A DNA stretch of 64,000 nucleotides from contig CM059434.1 in the NCBI GenBank assembly GCA_030390025.1, positions 25,234,001 to 25,298,000 on the forward strand, in the 5' to 3' direction. Of the stretch, positions 13,671 to 26,789 are shown in pieces. Below the pieces are notes generated by a model. The model saw nothing but the letters and a program-made list of their open reading frames with translations, searched no databases and was not told the origin of the DNA. The translations under genes and the position numbers were made by a program. The DNA is from Squalus acanthias. Its lineage: Eukaryota. Numbering within the stretch: the stretch's first letter is position 1; every line of letters starts with the position of its first letter.

Positions 13671-14766
13671 AGGTAAGTATGACTTTAGGGAGTCTCAGTT
13701 TTTCTGAACCATAACGGTGGATCTTTTGTTTAAGCATGATAAATTAGGTGCTGATTGTGTCACCAGGATGTGATTTGTATAAAATTGTAACTCCATGCAT
13801 GAATGAAACATTCTCACACACAAATGCAAAAACAAACTGTTGTCTTGTAAATTGGCATATTATTTATATCCCTGATTATACCAATGTCAATTACAACTGC
13901 AGGAAAATATATTCTACCCTCAAGCTACAGTTTCTGAATCATAAGCACATGTGCTGGCAAACTTTACGCTAGTTTAGCTACAGCTGTGCATTCACCTGGA
14001 GACACTTAAATGCTGTTGAGACAATTTTGGTAATTTTGAAAATAAATCAGGTGAAGTTACTTTTCTAAAATCATACTTTTGAGTGGCATATTTAAAAGTT
14101 ATCCCTTTTTCTGTCATTTTTGTAGTTAACGGAAAATATTCAAAGTACAACCTAAATTATAAGTCTTGCAGTCGTTCATACGTTCTAGTGCATAGAAAAC
14201 TGTTCTTTCTTACAAGATACCCTAGCCCTGTTTAAATTGGAATAGTTTACTTACTAGCACAATACTCTGTCATAGTCTCACAGCACATGTTTTATTCTCA
14301 TGAAATTTAGCTCATAATTTCGTACAGGGCACAACCGCCCATCCTACCCATGGGGAATCCCATGACGAACACAGAACATCTTACTGGACCAATCATTCTC
14401 TCAAAATAAAATGAAAGTTGTGCGAGACCCCATGGGTAGACCCTTGTTCTCTATTTTAATGAAAATGGGGGAGTAAGTCAGGATGGAGGAATGGAAATGC
14501 AGCTTACAAAATATTACTCTGCCCCCCCCCCCCCCCCCCCCTGCCCCACTACCATTATGTATAGGTCATGCATATCTGATGAAGATTTCAGTGAGGAGCT
14601 CTGTGTGAGAAGTGTGTGCTTTTTCAGACTGTAGGAGAGCTGTGTCAGTTTCTGCTTGAAGACCTACAGCTAAGACTGTTTGCCAAGACAGCTTATTTCA
14701 AGTAACCAGGGCGGTCTATACAATATCACCCAGTGCACCATCTGTACACACGCTCGGCAGGTAACT

Positions 14767-15772
14767 TTTTTTTATTCACTTATGGGATCTGGGCGTCGCT
14801 GGCAAGGCCAGCATTTATTGCCCATCCCTAGTTGCCCTTGAGAAGGTGGTGGTGAGTCGCTTTCTTGAACTGCTGCAGTCCATGTGGTGAAGGTACTTCC
14901 ACAGTGCTGTTAGGTAGGGAGTTCCAGGATTTTGACCCAGCGACGATGAATGATCGGCGATATACTAAGTCAGGATGGTGTGTGACTTGGAGGGGAACTT
15001 GGAAGTGGTGGTGTTCCCATGCACCTGCTGCCCTTGTCCTTCTAAGTGGAAGACGTCGCGGGTTTGGGAGGTGCTGCCGACGAAGCCTCGGCGAGTTGCT
15101 GCAGTGCACCTTGTAGATGGTACGCACTGCGGCCACGGTACGCCGGTGGTGGAGGGAGTGAATGTTTAAGGTGGTGGATGGGGTGCCAATCAAACGGGCT
15201 GCTTTGTCCTGGATGGTGTCGAGCCTGGAGTGTTGTTGGAGCTGCACTCATCCAGGCAAGTGGAGAGTATTTCATCACACTCCTTACTTGTGCCTTGTAG
15301 ATGGTGGAAAGGCTTTGGGGAGTCAGGAGGTGAGACACTCGCCGCATAATACCTAGCCTCTGACCTGCTCTTGTTGCCACAGTATTTATGTGGCTGGTCC
15401 AGTTAAGTTTCTGGTCAATGGTGGCCCCCAGGATGTTGTTGATGGGGGATTCGGCGATGGTAATGCCGTTGAATGTCAAGGGGAGGTGGTTAGACTCTCG
15501 CTTGTTGGAGATGGTCATTGCCGTGCAGTGTGTGGCGCGAATGTTACCTGCCACTTATCAGCCAAAGCCTGAACGTCGTCCAGGTCTTGTTGCATGCGGG
15601 CATGGAGTGCTTCATTATCTGAGGAGTTGTGAATGGCACTGAACACTGCAGTCATCAGCGAACATCCCCATTTCTGACCTTATGTTGGAGGGAAGGTCAT
15701 TGATGAAGCAGCTGAAGATGGTTGGGCCTAGGACACTGCCCTGAGGAACTGCTGCAGCGATGTCCTGGGGCT
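14767..15772 (-). mobile_element. Non-LTR retrotransposon (CR1/L2/Crack-group, distinct family), 5'-truncated with poly(A) tail
   Basis: Minus-strand motifs QGSVLGP, AGQRLGIMRRV, YKAQVRSVMKYSPLAW, LDTIQDKAARLIG and KSWNSLPN. AATAAA plus A-run at the 3' end (T-run at ~14766-14773). Confidence 0.88.
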
Positions 15773-16142
15773 GACGCACTTTTTAGAAGAGCTGGGAAAT
15801 TCATCCAGCTTGACATGACGGCAAAGTAGCAACTTGATAGGGCCATACAGTTTGATCATATTTCTGTGTTCCCCAAAATGCAGGGTGTAGTAGATGGCAC
15901 GCACATAGCATTGTGAGCTTCCACAGTCAATACCCTCCTTTTTTTAGTGGAAATGGTTACCACTAACTGTCTAAAGTGTGCGTGACCCAAGAATCCTTCA
16001 CGTCAATGTCAGATTTGCTGGGAGTTGCCACGATGCCTTCGGCTTCAGGAATTTTGATACACGTGTTCTTCCAGGAAGATAGTCAATTGAACAAATGGCT
16101 TGTGGGTGATATGGCATACAGTTTGTTGCCGTGGATAATGAC

Positions 16143-16288
16143 CAGTGTTCCCTCTAAGCTGCGCAGCAATGCGACAATTCCCACTGGCTTCTCAATTGTA
16201 AGTACTGCGCGTACGTGGAAATTTAAAGGGACCGCACACTAAAAGAAACAGGACGTGCAGAACAAAGCGCAGCTTACAGGGAACATTG
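16143..16288. mobile_element. 146-bp hAT-type MITE
   Basis: TIRs CAGTGTTCCCTCTAAGCTGCGC / GCGCAGCTTACAGGGAACATTG. Perfect 8-bp TSD ATAATGAC at 16135-16142 and 16289-16296. Confidence 0.92.
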
Positions 16289-16889
16289 ATAATGACACCT
16301 CTGCGTGGCAAGAGCAACATTTGAGCAGTACTACTAAGAACCACATGCCTCTATTAGAGTTATGTTGGAGAGAATCATAAGGGCCTTTCGAGGGGTTTGA
16401 CGGATCAGGAGAGGCTATACAATATGCTTCCAAGCATGTATCCTGCATAGTTGCAGCTTGTTGTGCTCTGCACAGCTTTACCATCCAAAAAAGCAGAGGT
16501 GGCCCTAACTGCTTTAGAGGTAGAGGAGCGTGGAGTGGGTGATCAGGAGGATCCTCACTTGGAGGATTCTTGGATGATGGTTGCAAGGGACATCCAAAAT
16601 TAACTTATCAAATTCAGTATTCTCATCTGTTTAGTCGTCTACCTTTGTCACCATTGCCAGTTTCCCCTGCCTTCAGAGAAATCACAATTATTTCAATGAA
16701 GTATACATCTTAGAACCTCAGACCTGTTATGCTTCTACTTGACCCTACAAGTCTTTACAATCTCCATGAATATATGAGCACAAAATAAGTTCCACCTCTC
16801 TTGTATGGCTACATCTCCATGACTACATGAGCATGAGATAAATGCATCTTCTCTTTTATTGCAACCACTTCCAGAGGATTACTAACCAT

Positions 16890-18300
16890 CCTATTCCTTC
16901 ACACTGTCCTTCCCCTGGATGTCTAGAGGAGCCTTTCTTTCTCCTGTTCTGGTGCTTCTCTTAGTTACGACCTGTAGTCCAGTATCACAAGAGACGGTCA
17001 GCTTCTCTTGTGGTGCCAAAAGCTTTTGCAACTGACGTGGCCCTCCTCTCTTAGCAACTTGCTTCTGGGAAGGACCTTCTGTTGGCTGCATCTCTTGACC
17101 TCCTGCCTGAGCAGTCTGGTATCGCCTCCTACAAGCCACTTGTGTGGTGCTCTGAGGGGATAGGTCAGATGCCTGGCATATGCTGCTGTTCTGAGAAATG
17201 GCAGGTACATGCATGTCGACTATAGCTTTGCCATTTTTCTGGGCCGTGGATCTGTTGTCCACTGATCACTGGAATATCTGCCATCGATCCTGAAAGCCTT
17301 GAGAGAAAGTGGTCTGCCTCTCGAGCGTCTGAAAGCCTGATTGCAAGGTTCTGTCCATTGCAACCAGGGCTGTATGCTTCCATGGAGGAAGAGGCATCTA
17401 CTGGGCTCAGGCCACTTATGAGGAGGGGAACCGCCACAGACTCCAGAAAAACTGCTAAATGCCGTATTGATGCACGCAACAAAGAAAAGACTTCCCTGAT
17501 ACTGCAAATGAGGGCTGGAGACTCCAAAGTGATACCTATTAGTTGCCACACATCCTCTGAGACTAACCTCAGAGCCTCCATGTACATGTGACATTTTTCG
17601 AGCATCCTTCTCTTCAAGTACCTATGAGATCTGGATCCCACAACTCCAAATCCAAGAACAGCCTTTTCCGTACCCTCTGCTGGGAAGGTGGGATATCTTC
17701 AGCTACTCCCAGCTCCCTTGTGCTCTGTGAATCACCCAGTGCCACATCCTCATTAACACTACCTCCTCTACCCTCGCCCCACCCCCGTGAAAGAATCTGA
17801 GCCGGTGTGTGGGAGTGAGAAAGCAAATAAAGCTGGGGATGTTATTGGGTTAGAGGAATATGGGGCCCTGTCTTACTCCAGGGACTTGTGTGGCAGGTCC
17901 TCATCAATTTCCTCTTCATAGAATGACACAGCACAGAAAGAGGCCATTCAGCCCATCGTGCCTGTGCTGGCTCTTGGGTAGATCATTATAGTCCACCAGA
18001 AAAAAAACTTCCCACCCACTCATCAGCATCTTCGTCGTCCTCTACCCCACCTCCCCCCATTGCTGTGATGAATCTTCAGGAAATGAGGGCATAAGCTAAG
18101 AGTGAGTGAGCATAACCCCTTGAGATTAAGGAGACCGAGAAGGATGAGAAAGCATCTGGCTGTCCACTGCTTCATGGCGACCGTCTGGGTCCACACCCAG
18201 TAGCTTGTACTATCCCACCGATCTCGCATTCTCCCACAGCTAGAGCTGAGTGCCTATCCACCATCTCTGTGGTCTGATTTTTGTAGGGAGTCCTCCGAGT
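16890..18300 (-). pseudogene. Probable decayed second Harbinger ORF (Myb/SANT-partner gene), convergent with the transposase
   Basis: Chain of broken minus-strand ORFs (17614-17826, 17165-17641, 16891-17262 ending VVTKRSTRTG) directly downstream of the transposase in opposite orientation, a layout seen in Harbinger elements. The Myb domain itself was not recognised. Confidence 0.45.
17917..17976 (-). mobile_element. Short CR1 3'-tail fragment
   Basis: CATAGAATGACACAGCACAGAAAGAGGCCATTCAGCCCATC matches the CR1 tail at 32504. Confidence 0.7.
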
Positions 18301-18329
18301 ACAATACTACCAAAAGTAGATAAACTGCT

Positions 18330-18491
18330 CAATCGTCTCATTGCTGTTTGTGTTTGACCTTGCCAACAAAACAACAGTGACTACACTTCAAAAGTAATTC
18401 AGTACAATAATTCATTGTATGTGCACCATGTCATACATGGGATGTTTCTAAGAGACATAATAAGGTGCTATATAAAATGCAAATCTTTCTT
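18330..18491 (+). mobile_element. Degraded DeuSINE tail
   Basis: CATTGCTGTTTGTG...ACAACAGTGACTACACTTCAAAAGTAATTC...AGGTGCTATATAAAATGCAAATCTTTC. Confidence 0.7.
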
Positions 18492-20241
18492 GAGAGTTCT
18501 GCAGCCTACCTGTATTTGTTGTCTTTTTCTCTCTCACTCTGAGTTAGTTTTACAGTAGAGTTGTTAAAAATGACACACCAGGGTTATAGTACTTTGATTT
18601 TGATACATTTGGAAGAAATCTCATTAAATAATATCGCACAATATAATCTAATTTAGGAAATGCGAGTTATGTTAGTGTGGACCTCTTCATTCATATATTT
18701 TTTAAACTGATCATGTTTTGGAACTACTATGTCATGTTAGGCGACTTGAATGACCCCACAAATAAATTATGCTCTAAAATGGCATTGTTTTCTGTGGTAC
18801 CTACACTGGATCTCTTTCTCATACTCACATGAGAGAGCGAAGAACTAAAGCCTCCTTTTTACTGCAATGATACAGCAAATGAGTTTGAAAAGAAAGTATG
18901 CAAAAGCTCAAGACTGTTTTTAACCATACAAATATATATTGTGCACAAGTCTAGTTACTGTTGAGCACCATAGCTGGACAGTCTTTGAGAACCACTGCCC
19001 AACCTTATTCTTAAACACAATTAAAATCTGCATTCAGCCTGTTTAACAATCACTATCCTGAAGTATCAAAGAACCAAATTAGCACTAGCAGGCTTGCATT
19101 CAGTAGGAAGAGGATTTCAAACTGGTTTATTGGGCATTTTGGGACTAGGTCTGTTTTTTAACAATAGTTGTGGGAGATTGTGCAAAATCTGCTCAAACAT
19201 AAGCTGACCTTATTTTATCTTTTATTACAAGCACAAATCGACTAACATTTTTTGCATTCCTACTTAAATGATGATATCATGGAAATTCATCAAGAAAAAT
19301 CTCCCCTCCTGTCTAACTCACTTCAACAATCCCTACTTGCAAAGTGGTGAATGGCACTGTGTTGTACATTGGAAGATAACTGATCAATTGCAGTGGTTTT
19401 GCAAAGATCGTCTTTCCGTTAGAATGAGTGACATCTCTTAAGTGTAGGATAGCCAGTTAATGGGTTTCACTGATATCTATGTATGTGCTTCTAGATTGTA
19501 ACTTAAAAATCAGTTTTATTTGCTTTAACAGACTAAACCGTGCACTCATACTTCTAATTAACAGTTGGATGATGGTCTAAATACATGCACTAGCACAAAT
19601 CTTCCCTTGAAACGATCATTCTCATTAACTTGTAGTGTAACAGCTGTTAAAAGCCCCGAGTTTATTATGTGATGAACAGAAATGTATTCTGATGTGACAG
19701 AACCCCTGGTCTGAGTTTTGTCAGCAGAGAAGAAAAGTGAATGATCTTGTCAGAGGATTCCAGGGCTTTAAAGTTTATTGAAGTCTTGGGGGAGGACAGT
19801 TGCTTCTGACTTGGATTGCATGTTACAGAGCCATTTTTAAAGTCAAAGAGTAAAAACAGGTTTTAGTTTCTCAAGCAAGAAGAAATTGAATGCCGTTGAC
19901 TCTGCTAACTTGAGGGTGCCTAGTTTAGAAAGGAACATTCTGTTCACCTGTAGAGCTTCAGCTTGCATCTTAGGCCACATTTTCCTGGTCTAAAACCAGG
20001 TTTCTGGGGGACAGGGTTCTGGATATACAGAGGAGGAGCCATTATTGAAACCTAAATGCTGTGCGCGTTCAGGAAACCAGAGAACCCGCTCCTGCATTCA
20101 GGCAGCAATTGAAAATTGATTTTTTTTCTATCCTGTTACTGATTATCAAATTTACAGGACAGACCCCCCCCCCCCCCCCCCCCAAAAAAAAACCCCACAA
20201 CTGTCTAGTTCAAAAGCAGACAGGTGGTAAACCAACATATT

Positions 20242-20566
20242 GGCCCATATTTTCCGATGCCTACGGGTGTGTACGAGCTGTGTACACACCCGGAGGGACC
20301 TCGCAAGTGCCGGTTTCAGGCAGGTCTAAGCTGTCAAAAGTATGAAGGGGGATTCCCTTCTCCCATTGGTTCCCCATGGCCCATGTGATCCCAGGGACAT
20401 TTGCGAACCGCATGTGCCCCTGGGATACCGTGGCCCTGCGCATTTTGCCGTGGAGAGGCCCAGGAGCGGAACTGGCCGGACCTCTGGAGCCCTCAGATAA
20501 GGGCGTAGATTTTTTCCAGATTGGAGGCCTCGCATGCAGGAAGCCTCCAATCGGAAAATACGGGCC
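20242..20566. mobile_element. 325-bp MITE, PIF/Harbinger-type
   Basis: 17-bp TIRs GGCCCATATTTTCCGAT / ATCGGAAAATACGGGCC (1 mismatch). TSD ATT on both sides. CpG-rich. Confidence 0.87.
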
Positions 20567-20689
20567 ATTAATCGTCCAGCTTACACAGAATGCATATAGT
20601 TATAGTCTTTTTCAAATACTGTATTATTTGTCTCAAACGAAACCAATAAAGATTTACTAATTTGGCCAAAAAGTATATATTTTGTGTTA

Positions 20690-20970
20690 TTTTGGGAATG
20701 TAGACGCTGGAATAACTACATTTATTGCCCATCTCTAGTTGTCCTATGAAGATGGTGGTGGGCCACCTTCTTGAATCGCTGCAGCTTTGTAACAGTTGCT
20801 TTCTTTTTTACAACTGAATGGCTTTGTTAGTCGTCTTCAGGGGGCTTTAATAATAAAGCACGTAGTGTGGGACTGGAGTCACATGCATGTCAGACCAGGT
20901 TGGAGTTAGCAGGCTGCCTTCCCTGAAGGACCATAGTGAACTATGACAATCTGGCAGCTTTCATGGCTCA
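20690..20970 (-). mobile_element. Degraded short element sharing the 3' tail of the LINE at 14767-15772
   Basis: CATTTATTGCCCATCTCTAGTTGTCC...GGTGGTGGGCCACCTTCTTGAATCGCTGCAG matches 14811-14878. Confidence 0.65.
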
Positions 20971-21279
20971 TTTATTTGGTAAAACATTGTCATTTTTCAG
21001 CCAAAGAAAATTCAGATAAGCTAAAGACTCCTATTGCCATTTTTCCTTTTAAAGAGAGGGGTGCATGATTTTCCAAATGCGTGAAGATAGCATAGTTTCT
21101 AATCTAACCTCCTTCACTCTACTCTCTCTCTCACTGTCCCCGCTTCACCTCTAGGACCTGCTTAAAGTGTATGTTGAGGTATGAAGTATAGCATATTTCC
21201 AATTTTCCATGAACACCCTTTTCTGCAGAATCCCTTTTTTGTGTTACTCATGTTTCTAGTTACCAGACTAATAAAACTT

Positions 21280-21334
21280 TGTGAATCTTTCATAATGTGG
21301 TCTGCATGTGAATCTTTCATAATGTGGTCTGCAT
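21280..21334. repeat. Perfect 27-bp tandem duplication
   Basis: TGTGAATCTTTCATAATGTGGTCTGCA x2. Confidence 0.9.
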
Positions 21335-22544
21335 ATGAAATGAAAGTTAGTGGGAAACTGCATGCGCAAAAACATTGACAAAAGCCAGTTAATTACAGAT
21401 TCTGATTGAAGGGCAGCTGACTTGGTAATTATGATCCGGTCTGTCATGGTAAAGCCTATGTTTGTAATCATAAACTGATCCTTTAATCTACACAGTAGTC
21501 TTTGAAGCAATTAAGAGTCCATTAAACAGTGCTTTGGTTTGGTTCATGTGCTTGTTTTCTGTTTAGCTGTACTTTTTTTTTAAACATGCTAATGATAATG
21601 CTAAACAAATGCTGTAATCCTTGCTCAGACTTCTCATCACTTAACATTTTACAAATGACGTGCTGGTGTACAAGTCTAATTGTATGCAGCTGCTAATGAC
21701 ATATGTACTCCGCCTTTGATATTGAACTGCTTTTATATGAACTTATAAGTTAAGTATTCAACTGTTGGTGTTGTGAAGACTGTTAGAATCTGCTAACTTT
21801 CTTGTACCTCCGTAAGTTTCATATTGAGACAAGCGCTTTTCAATTCACAAGTATTCTCATGGCCACGAGCCCTGTCTCCTCATGTCTTAGCTGTAATTTT
21901 CTTAAAATGGGAGTGTTCGTGTTATTGAGGGAGGTGATGGACGCATTCAGTGCACAGCAAACCTTGCTTGTTGATTTTGTAGTTGCGCTCAAGCCCACCT
22001 GTTGAGACATACTACTTTGTGTCTCCATTGGGCTCTGTTTTAATGTCCTATTATTAGAATTATATTTTTAATTCATTTTGGCAGATGCATTTAGAAATTA
22101 TTTGTGAAACTTTCCAACTTGAATTTTGAGGTGGGACCAGTTTTTGTTAGATGTAGCAATTATGATTTTTTTTAAAATCATGCTTTGTTGATCACATTAA
22201 GCATTTTTTTTTTTAATGCTTTTGAGTTTAGCAGCCTGCTAGCTACTAGTCTGGGCAATAACCCCAGGTTCAAATGCTTGAAAAGATACTGAAGCTATAT
22301 TGTTATACCAGTAACCAGTGCGAGTGGACAACACCGGATTATACCACTCCCCTCACACTGCCATGTGGTCGCTTGGTGCTTCTGATGAGCAATCTGAACA
22401 TCAATGAATTGGATATAAACCATTTATATTGTATATTCTGTCTTGGTGAAATGTGAAACCACATGTATATGACACAAAATTAATGCTTTGCATGCGTAGA
22501 CTTTTCCTTGGGATCAGTTTGCAAATCCAAAAGAGGAGAATTGG

Positions 22545-22940
22545 TGCATCAGTGCTGTGTCTAGTGTGCTACTGAGTTCTGCAGACCAGGAAGATCCCAA
22601 GTTTGATACTGGTCTGTGCTGAGTTAGCTGACCTCATCTCGGGTGGGTGGTGGTGGAGCACCGCAGTTGGCTTCGGTGACCTTGGGGGGTGGGGGGGATT
22701 TTTGACAGTTCTCTGCTGATTGTTACCCAATGTCTCCTGCTGAAAAGTACTTGTGTGTGGACTTTGGATGAAGACAGTACAGTCTCAGCTATTCTATCCT
22801 TTACAGTTGAATAGCCTGATGGCATTTGACATCAGACTCAAACATGAAGACTAGGCATTTGGGTGAAGTACCAGAAGGCATACACTGGGCCTGTTCAGCC
22901 ATACCCCAACACAAGTCATTATCTTCAAGACATGAATGTA
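22545..22940 (+). mobile_element. Old tRNA-headed SINE-like repeat (copy 2 of 4)
   Basis: CAGGAAGATCCCAAGTTTGAT...GAGTTAGCTGACCTC, CATGAAGA and CCATACCCCAACACAAGTCA motifs are shared with the other copies. Confidence 0.6.
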
Positions 22941-23333
22941 GATAAGGAAGTGAGTGCAGAAATTACAGCTAGTTTTTTTTTGAAGGAAAAATGTAGACAT
23001 TATCCCCAGAAATGGCACTGAATTAGTCCATACTGCCCACCTGCCTGAGGAGGATAGCTTGCATATTGGAAGCTTAAAAAGCTAATGGATTGCAAAAATT
23101 GGCATGCAATAATTGTGATTTATTTTAATTCTTGTGACAATGTAATAATGGCGGAAATAAAATGTAAAATCTGATTTTGATGTTTATTTAACAAGTGTTG
23201 CACATGCAGAGTTGGTAAATTCAGGTCACTGGTCGATAATTTACAATGGATAATTGAGGTTAATAACTGGATCAATAGATTTTTCTATCCTAGATGAAGC
23301 CAGTAATAATGGTTGGAATTTCTGGTTGTGTAG

Positions 23334-23492
<159 letters not shown>

Positions 23493-23759
23493 TAATTCAC
23501 CTTAACATTGGAGTTAATACAGTTTTAATTAGTTCCTACTATATTGCCATCATTGATTAACAGGAAGAAATCAAGTTTCTAATGCATTTTACATTTCATT
23601 CCACAAAGATCCAGAACTTTGCTCCCTATAGTCTTTACAATAATGAGAGAAAAATCTGGTTTGCCAAAATTGTTAAAAAAAATAAAGTAGGGTTTGTCTG
23701 ATTTGTGAAGGAAGATCTGAAATTCAACAAAACAACACATTTAATTTTGGATGAAGGAA

Positions 23760-24330
23760 GGTATAAGTCAGTTTTCTGGAAAATCTGTGATGCCAAGAAA
23801 AGGAAAGTACAAATTGGAAATGACTACAGATCTCCAGGACAAGAGAAGTAGATGTAGAAATATTCAAACAAATTTAAAGGGCACCAAGGAAAATGGAGGA
23901 TGACTGTTATGAGAGAATTCTTGTTGCCATGATGTAGAGTGAAATGGGTAAACGGGCCTTTCAAAGAGAAGTTCATGAACTAATGCAAGACAACTTCTTG
24001 ACAACATGTCATAACCAAGAATAGCAAAGAATTAAGTATCTTAATGTTTAGTAGTGAGATGGAGATGGTGAAAATGTCAACAGTAGGTGAGCATTTGGGC
24101 ACCATGATCAAAATATCATTAAATTTGATATTGTGGTATAGGTGGTGTGACTATATGTCAGAGTTAATAAAATTACTACCAGATTTCAAGAAGACCGAAA
24201 GCCATAAGGATCAAAAGGGGAGACTAAATCAGGGAATACACCAAATTGAGGAAACATGCAAAACAAAAATGAACACTATTAATACCCTTGATTTCCTGTA
24301 GAATTTGGAGAATATACCATTTTTAAAGAG
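23760..24330 (+). mobile_element. Ancient CR1 ORF2 endonuclease-region remnant
   Basis: Decayed motifs IG..YRSPG, QDNFL..HV and VGEHLG in an A-rich sense strand. Confidence 0.55.
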
Positions 24331-24854
24331 AGGAGCATTTTACCTCATAATGCACAATGTATTATTCTGCTTGTGGGCAGCTGTGTATGACCTGACCAGT
24401 CTATTTAAGGCCAGCGTATCTAATTGTTAAACATGCTGAGGTGAATTCGAAGTTCTTGGGGACTTCCATAGGTCAGTATAAGGTAATTTTCATTGCTGGG
24501 GAAGTTTCTCCAAGTTGGAAATAATTAGCTTCCTTTTTTTAAAAAAATACTTTGTTTAAAAGTATTACACAGAAATGAGCATATATCACATCTAAAGTAT
24601 GACTGATGCTTTTCAAAACCTTATTTTAGTGGCTCCCTTGTGGCATTGCTCATGGTGTCAAAGAACATGCTGCTTTATAATGAAAAAGATGTTATGCTAT
24701 TTCATGCGCAATGTGTTATAATACAGTTGATCTCCTGTGCTGTTGCTCCTGGGGAAAAATAAAATGGTCTCTCTTTTTCTAATGCGTGTCTCATTCTTTC
24801 CTACTCTCTCTCGTTTTTTCTGTCTTCCTGTTTATCTTTATAATTTTTCTGCCT

Positions 24855-26625
24855 ATTAGGAAAAAGAGGGTGATCAGGAGCAATTTTGGCCCCTTTAAAA
24901 CTGATACTGGTGATATTGTCAATGATAAGGAAATGGCGAACATGTTGAATAATTACTTTGCATCAGTGCCGGAAATCCCAAGGAAACTAATATTGAACCG
25001 GGGACAGGGACTCAATAAAACTAATGTAAGCAAACTAGCAGTCATGAAGAAAATAATGGCACGAAAGAGTGATGAATCCCCAGGACCAGATGGTTTCCCT
25101 CCCAGGGTTTTAACGGAAGTAGGTGAGCACATTGCAGATGCCCTAACTATAATCTTCCAAAGTTCTCTCGATTCAGGAACCGTCCCTTTTTAGATTGGAA
25201 AATTGCACATGTCACTCTGCTATTTAAGAATAGTGAGAGAGAGAAACTAGGGAATTATAGACCAGTTAGCCTAACATCTGTTGTCAGGAAATTACCAGAG
25301 TCTATAATTAAGGATAGGGTGACTGAACACCTTGAAAATTTTCAGCTGATCAGAGAGAGCCAGCATGGATTTGTGAAAGTAGGTCATGCCTGACAAACCT
25401 GATTGATTTTTTTTTAAGCGGTGACTGAAGTAGTGGACAGGGGAATGTCTATGGATGATATTTATATGGACTTCCAGAAGGCATTTGATAAAGTCCCGCA
25501 TAAGAGACTGTTAACTAAGGTTGAAGCCCATGGAATTGAAGGCAAGTTATTGACCTGGTTAGGAAATTGGCCGAGCAGCAGGAGTAAGAGAGTAGGGATA
25601 ATGGGCAGGTACTATAATTGGCAGGATGTGACTAGTGGTGTCCCACAGGGATCTGTGTTGGGGCCGCAACTATTCACAGTATTTATTAACATCTTAGATG
25701 ATGACATAGAAAGGCACATGTTCAAATTTGCCAATGACATAAAGATAGACGGCATTGTAGGCAGTGTAGATGAAAGCATAAAATTACAAAGGGATATCGA
25801 CAGATTAAGTGAATGGGCAAAACTGTGGCAAATGAATTTCAATGTGGGCAAATGTGAGGTCATCCACTTTGGACCTAAAAAGGATAGAGCAGGGTCCTTT
25901 CTAAATGGTGAAAAGCTAAAAACAGTGGAGGTCCAAAGAAACTTGGGGGTCCAGGTACATAGATCATTAAAATATCATGAATAGGTACAGAAAATAATCA
26001 AAAAGGCTAATGGAATGCTAGCCTTTATATCTAAAGGGCTAGAATACAAGGGGGGTAGAAGTTATGCTGAAGCTATACAAAGCCCTGGTTAGACCACACC
26101 TTGAGTACTGTGAACACACGTTAGGAAGGATATATTGGCTTTGGAGGGAGTGCAGCGTAGGTTTACCAGAATGATACCCGGACTCCAAGGGTTAAATTAC
26201 GAGGAGAGATTACACAAATTAGGGTTGTATCCCCTAGAATTTAGAAGGTTAAGGGGTGATTTGATTGAAATTTTCAAGATATTAAGAGGAATAGATAGAG
26301 TAGATAGAGAGAAACTATTCCTGCTGGTTGGGGAGTCTAGGGCTAGGGGCACAGTCTAAAAATTAGAGCCAGACCTTTCGAGAGTGAAATTAGGAAACAC
26401 TTCTACACACAAAGGGTGGTAGAAGTTTGGAACTGTCTTCCGCAAATGGCAATTGATGCGAGATAATTGTTAATTTTAAATTTAAGATCGATAGATTTTT
26501 GTTAACCAATGGTATTAAGGGATATGGACCAAAAGCGGTTATATGGAGTTAGGTCGCAGATCAGCCATGATCTCACTGAATGGCGGAACAGGCTCGAGGG
26601 GCTGAATGGCCTCCTCCTGTTCCTC
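24855..26625 (+). mobile_element. CR1 LINE, 5'-truncated, disrupted RT
   Basis: SPGPDG, NYRPVSLTS, DFQKAFDKVPH, SGVPQGSVLGP and QRRFTRMIP motifs with stops and frameshifts. CR1 3' UTR (GGCTGAATGGCCTCCTCCTGTTCC). Confidence 0.94.
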
Positions 26626-26789
26626 TGTATGGCTCTGGTTCTTATTGTGTCTCTTTGTCTCTGAATCTTTTTCTCATTCTTTCTCTTACTTTTTGTGTGT
26701 GTTTTTCCGTTGCTGTTGCCTCCTCTTTACTATTTCTGTCCCAATCTGTATTACACTTGCACAAGTAGAGACCTGAAATATTGGGACTA

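Larger units (their letters stand above)
14555..16490 (+). pseudogene. Fossil PIF/Harbinger DDE transposase (HARBI1-family), interrupted by a LINE and a hAT MITE
   Basis: Collinear frameshifted motifs: FSEELCVR..TVGELCQFLLEDLQ; RQVT|DALFRRAGKFI (split by LINE); FPKMQGVVDGTHIAL; NGYH; VNVRFAGSCHDAF; WLVGDMAYSLLPWIMT|PLR (split by MITE); HASIRVMLERII; DGSGEAIQYASKHVSCIVAACCALH. Confidence 0.88.

Noticed and set aside
14555-16490. Domesticated HARBI1 gene
   Set aside because: Multiple stops, frameshifts and two TE insertions mark it as a dead transposon copy, not the host gene.
19973-20240. GGCCACATTTTCC resembling a MITE left end
   Set aside because: No matching right TIR or TSD found beyond the 20242-20566 element; at most a truncated relic.
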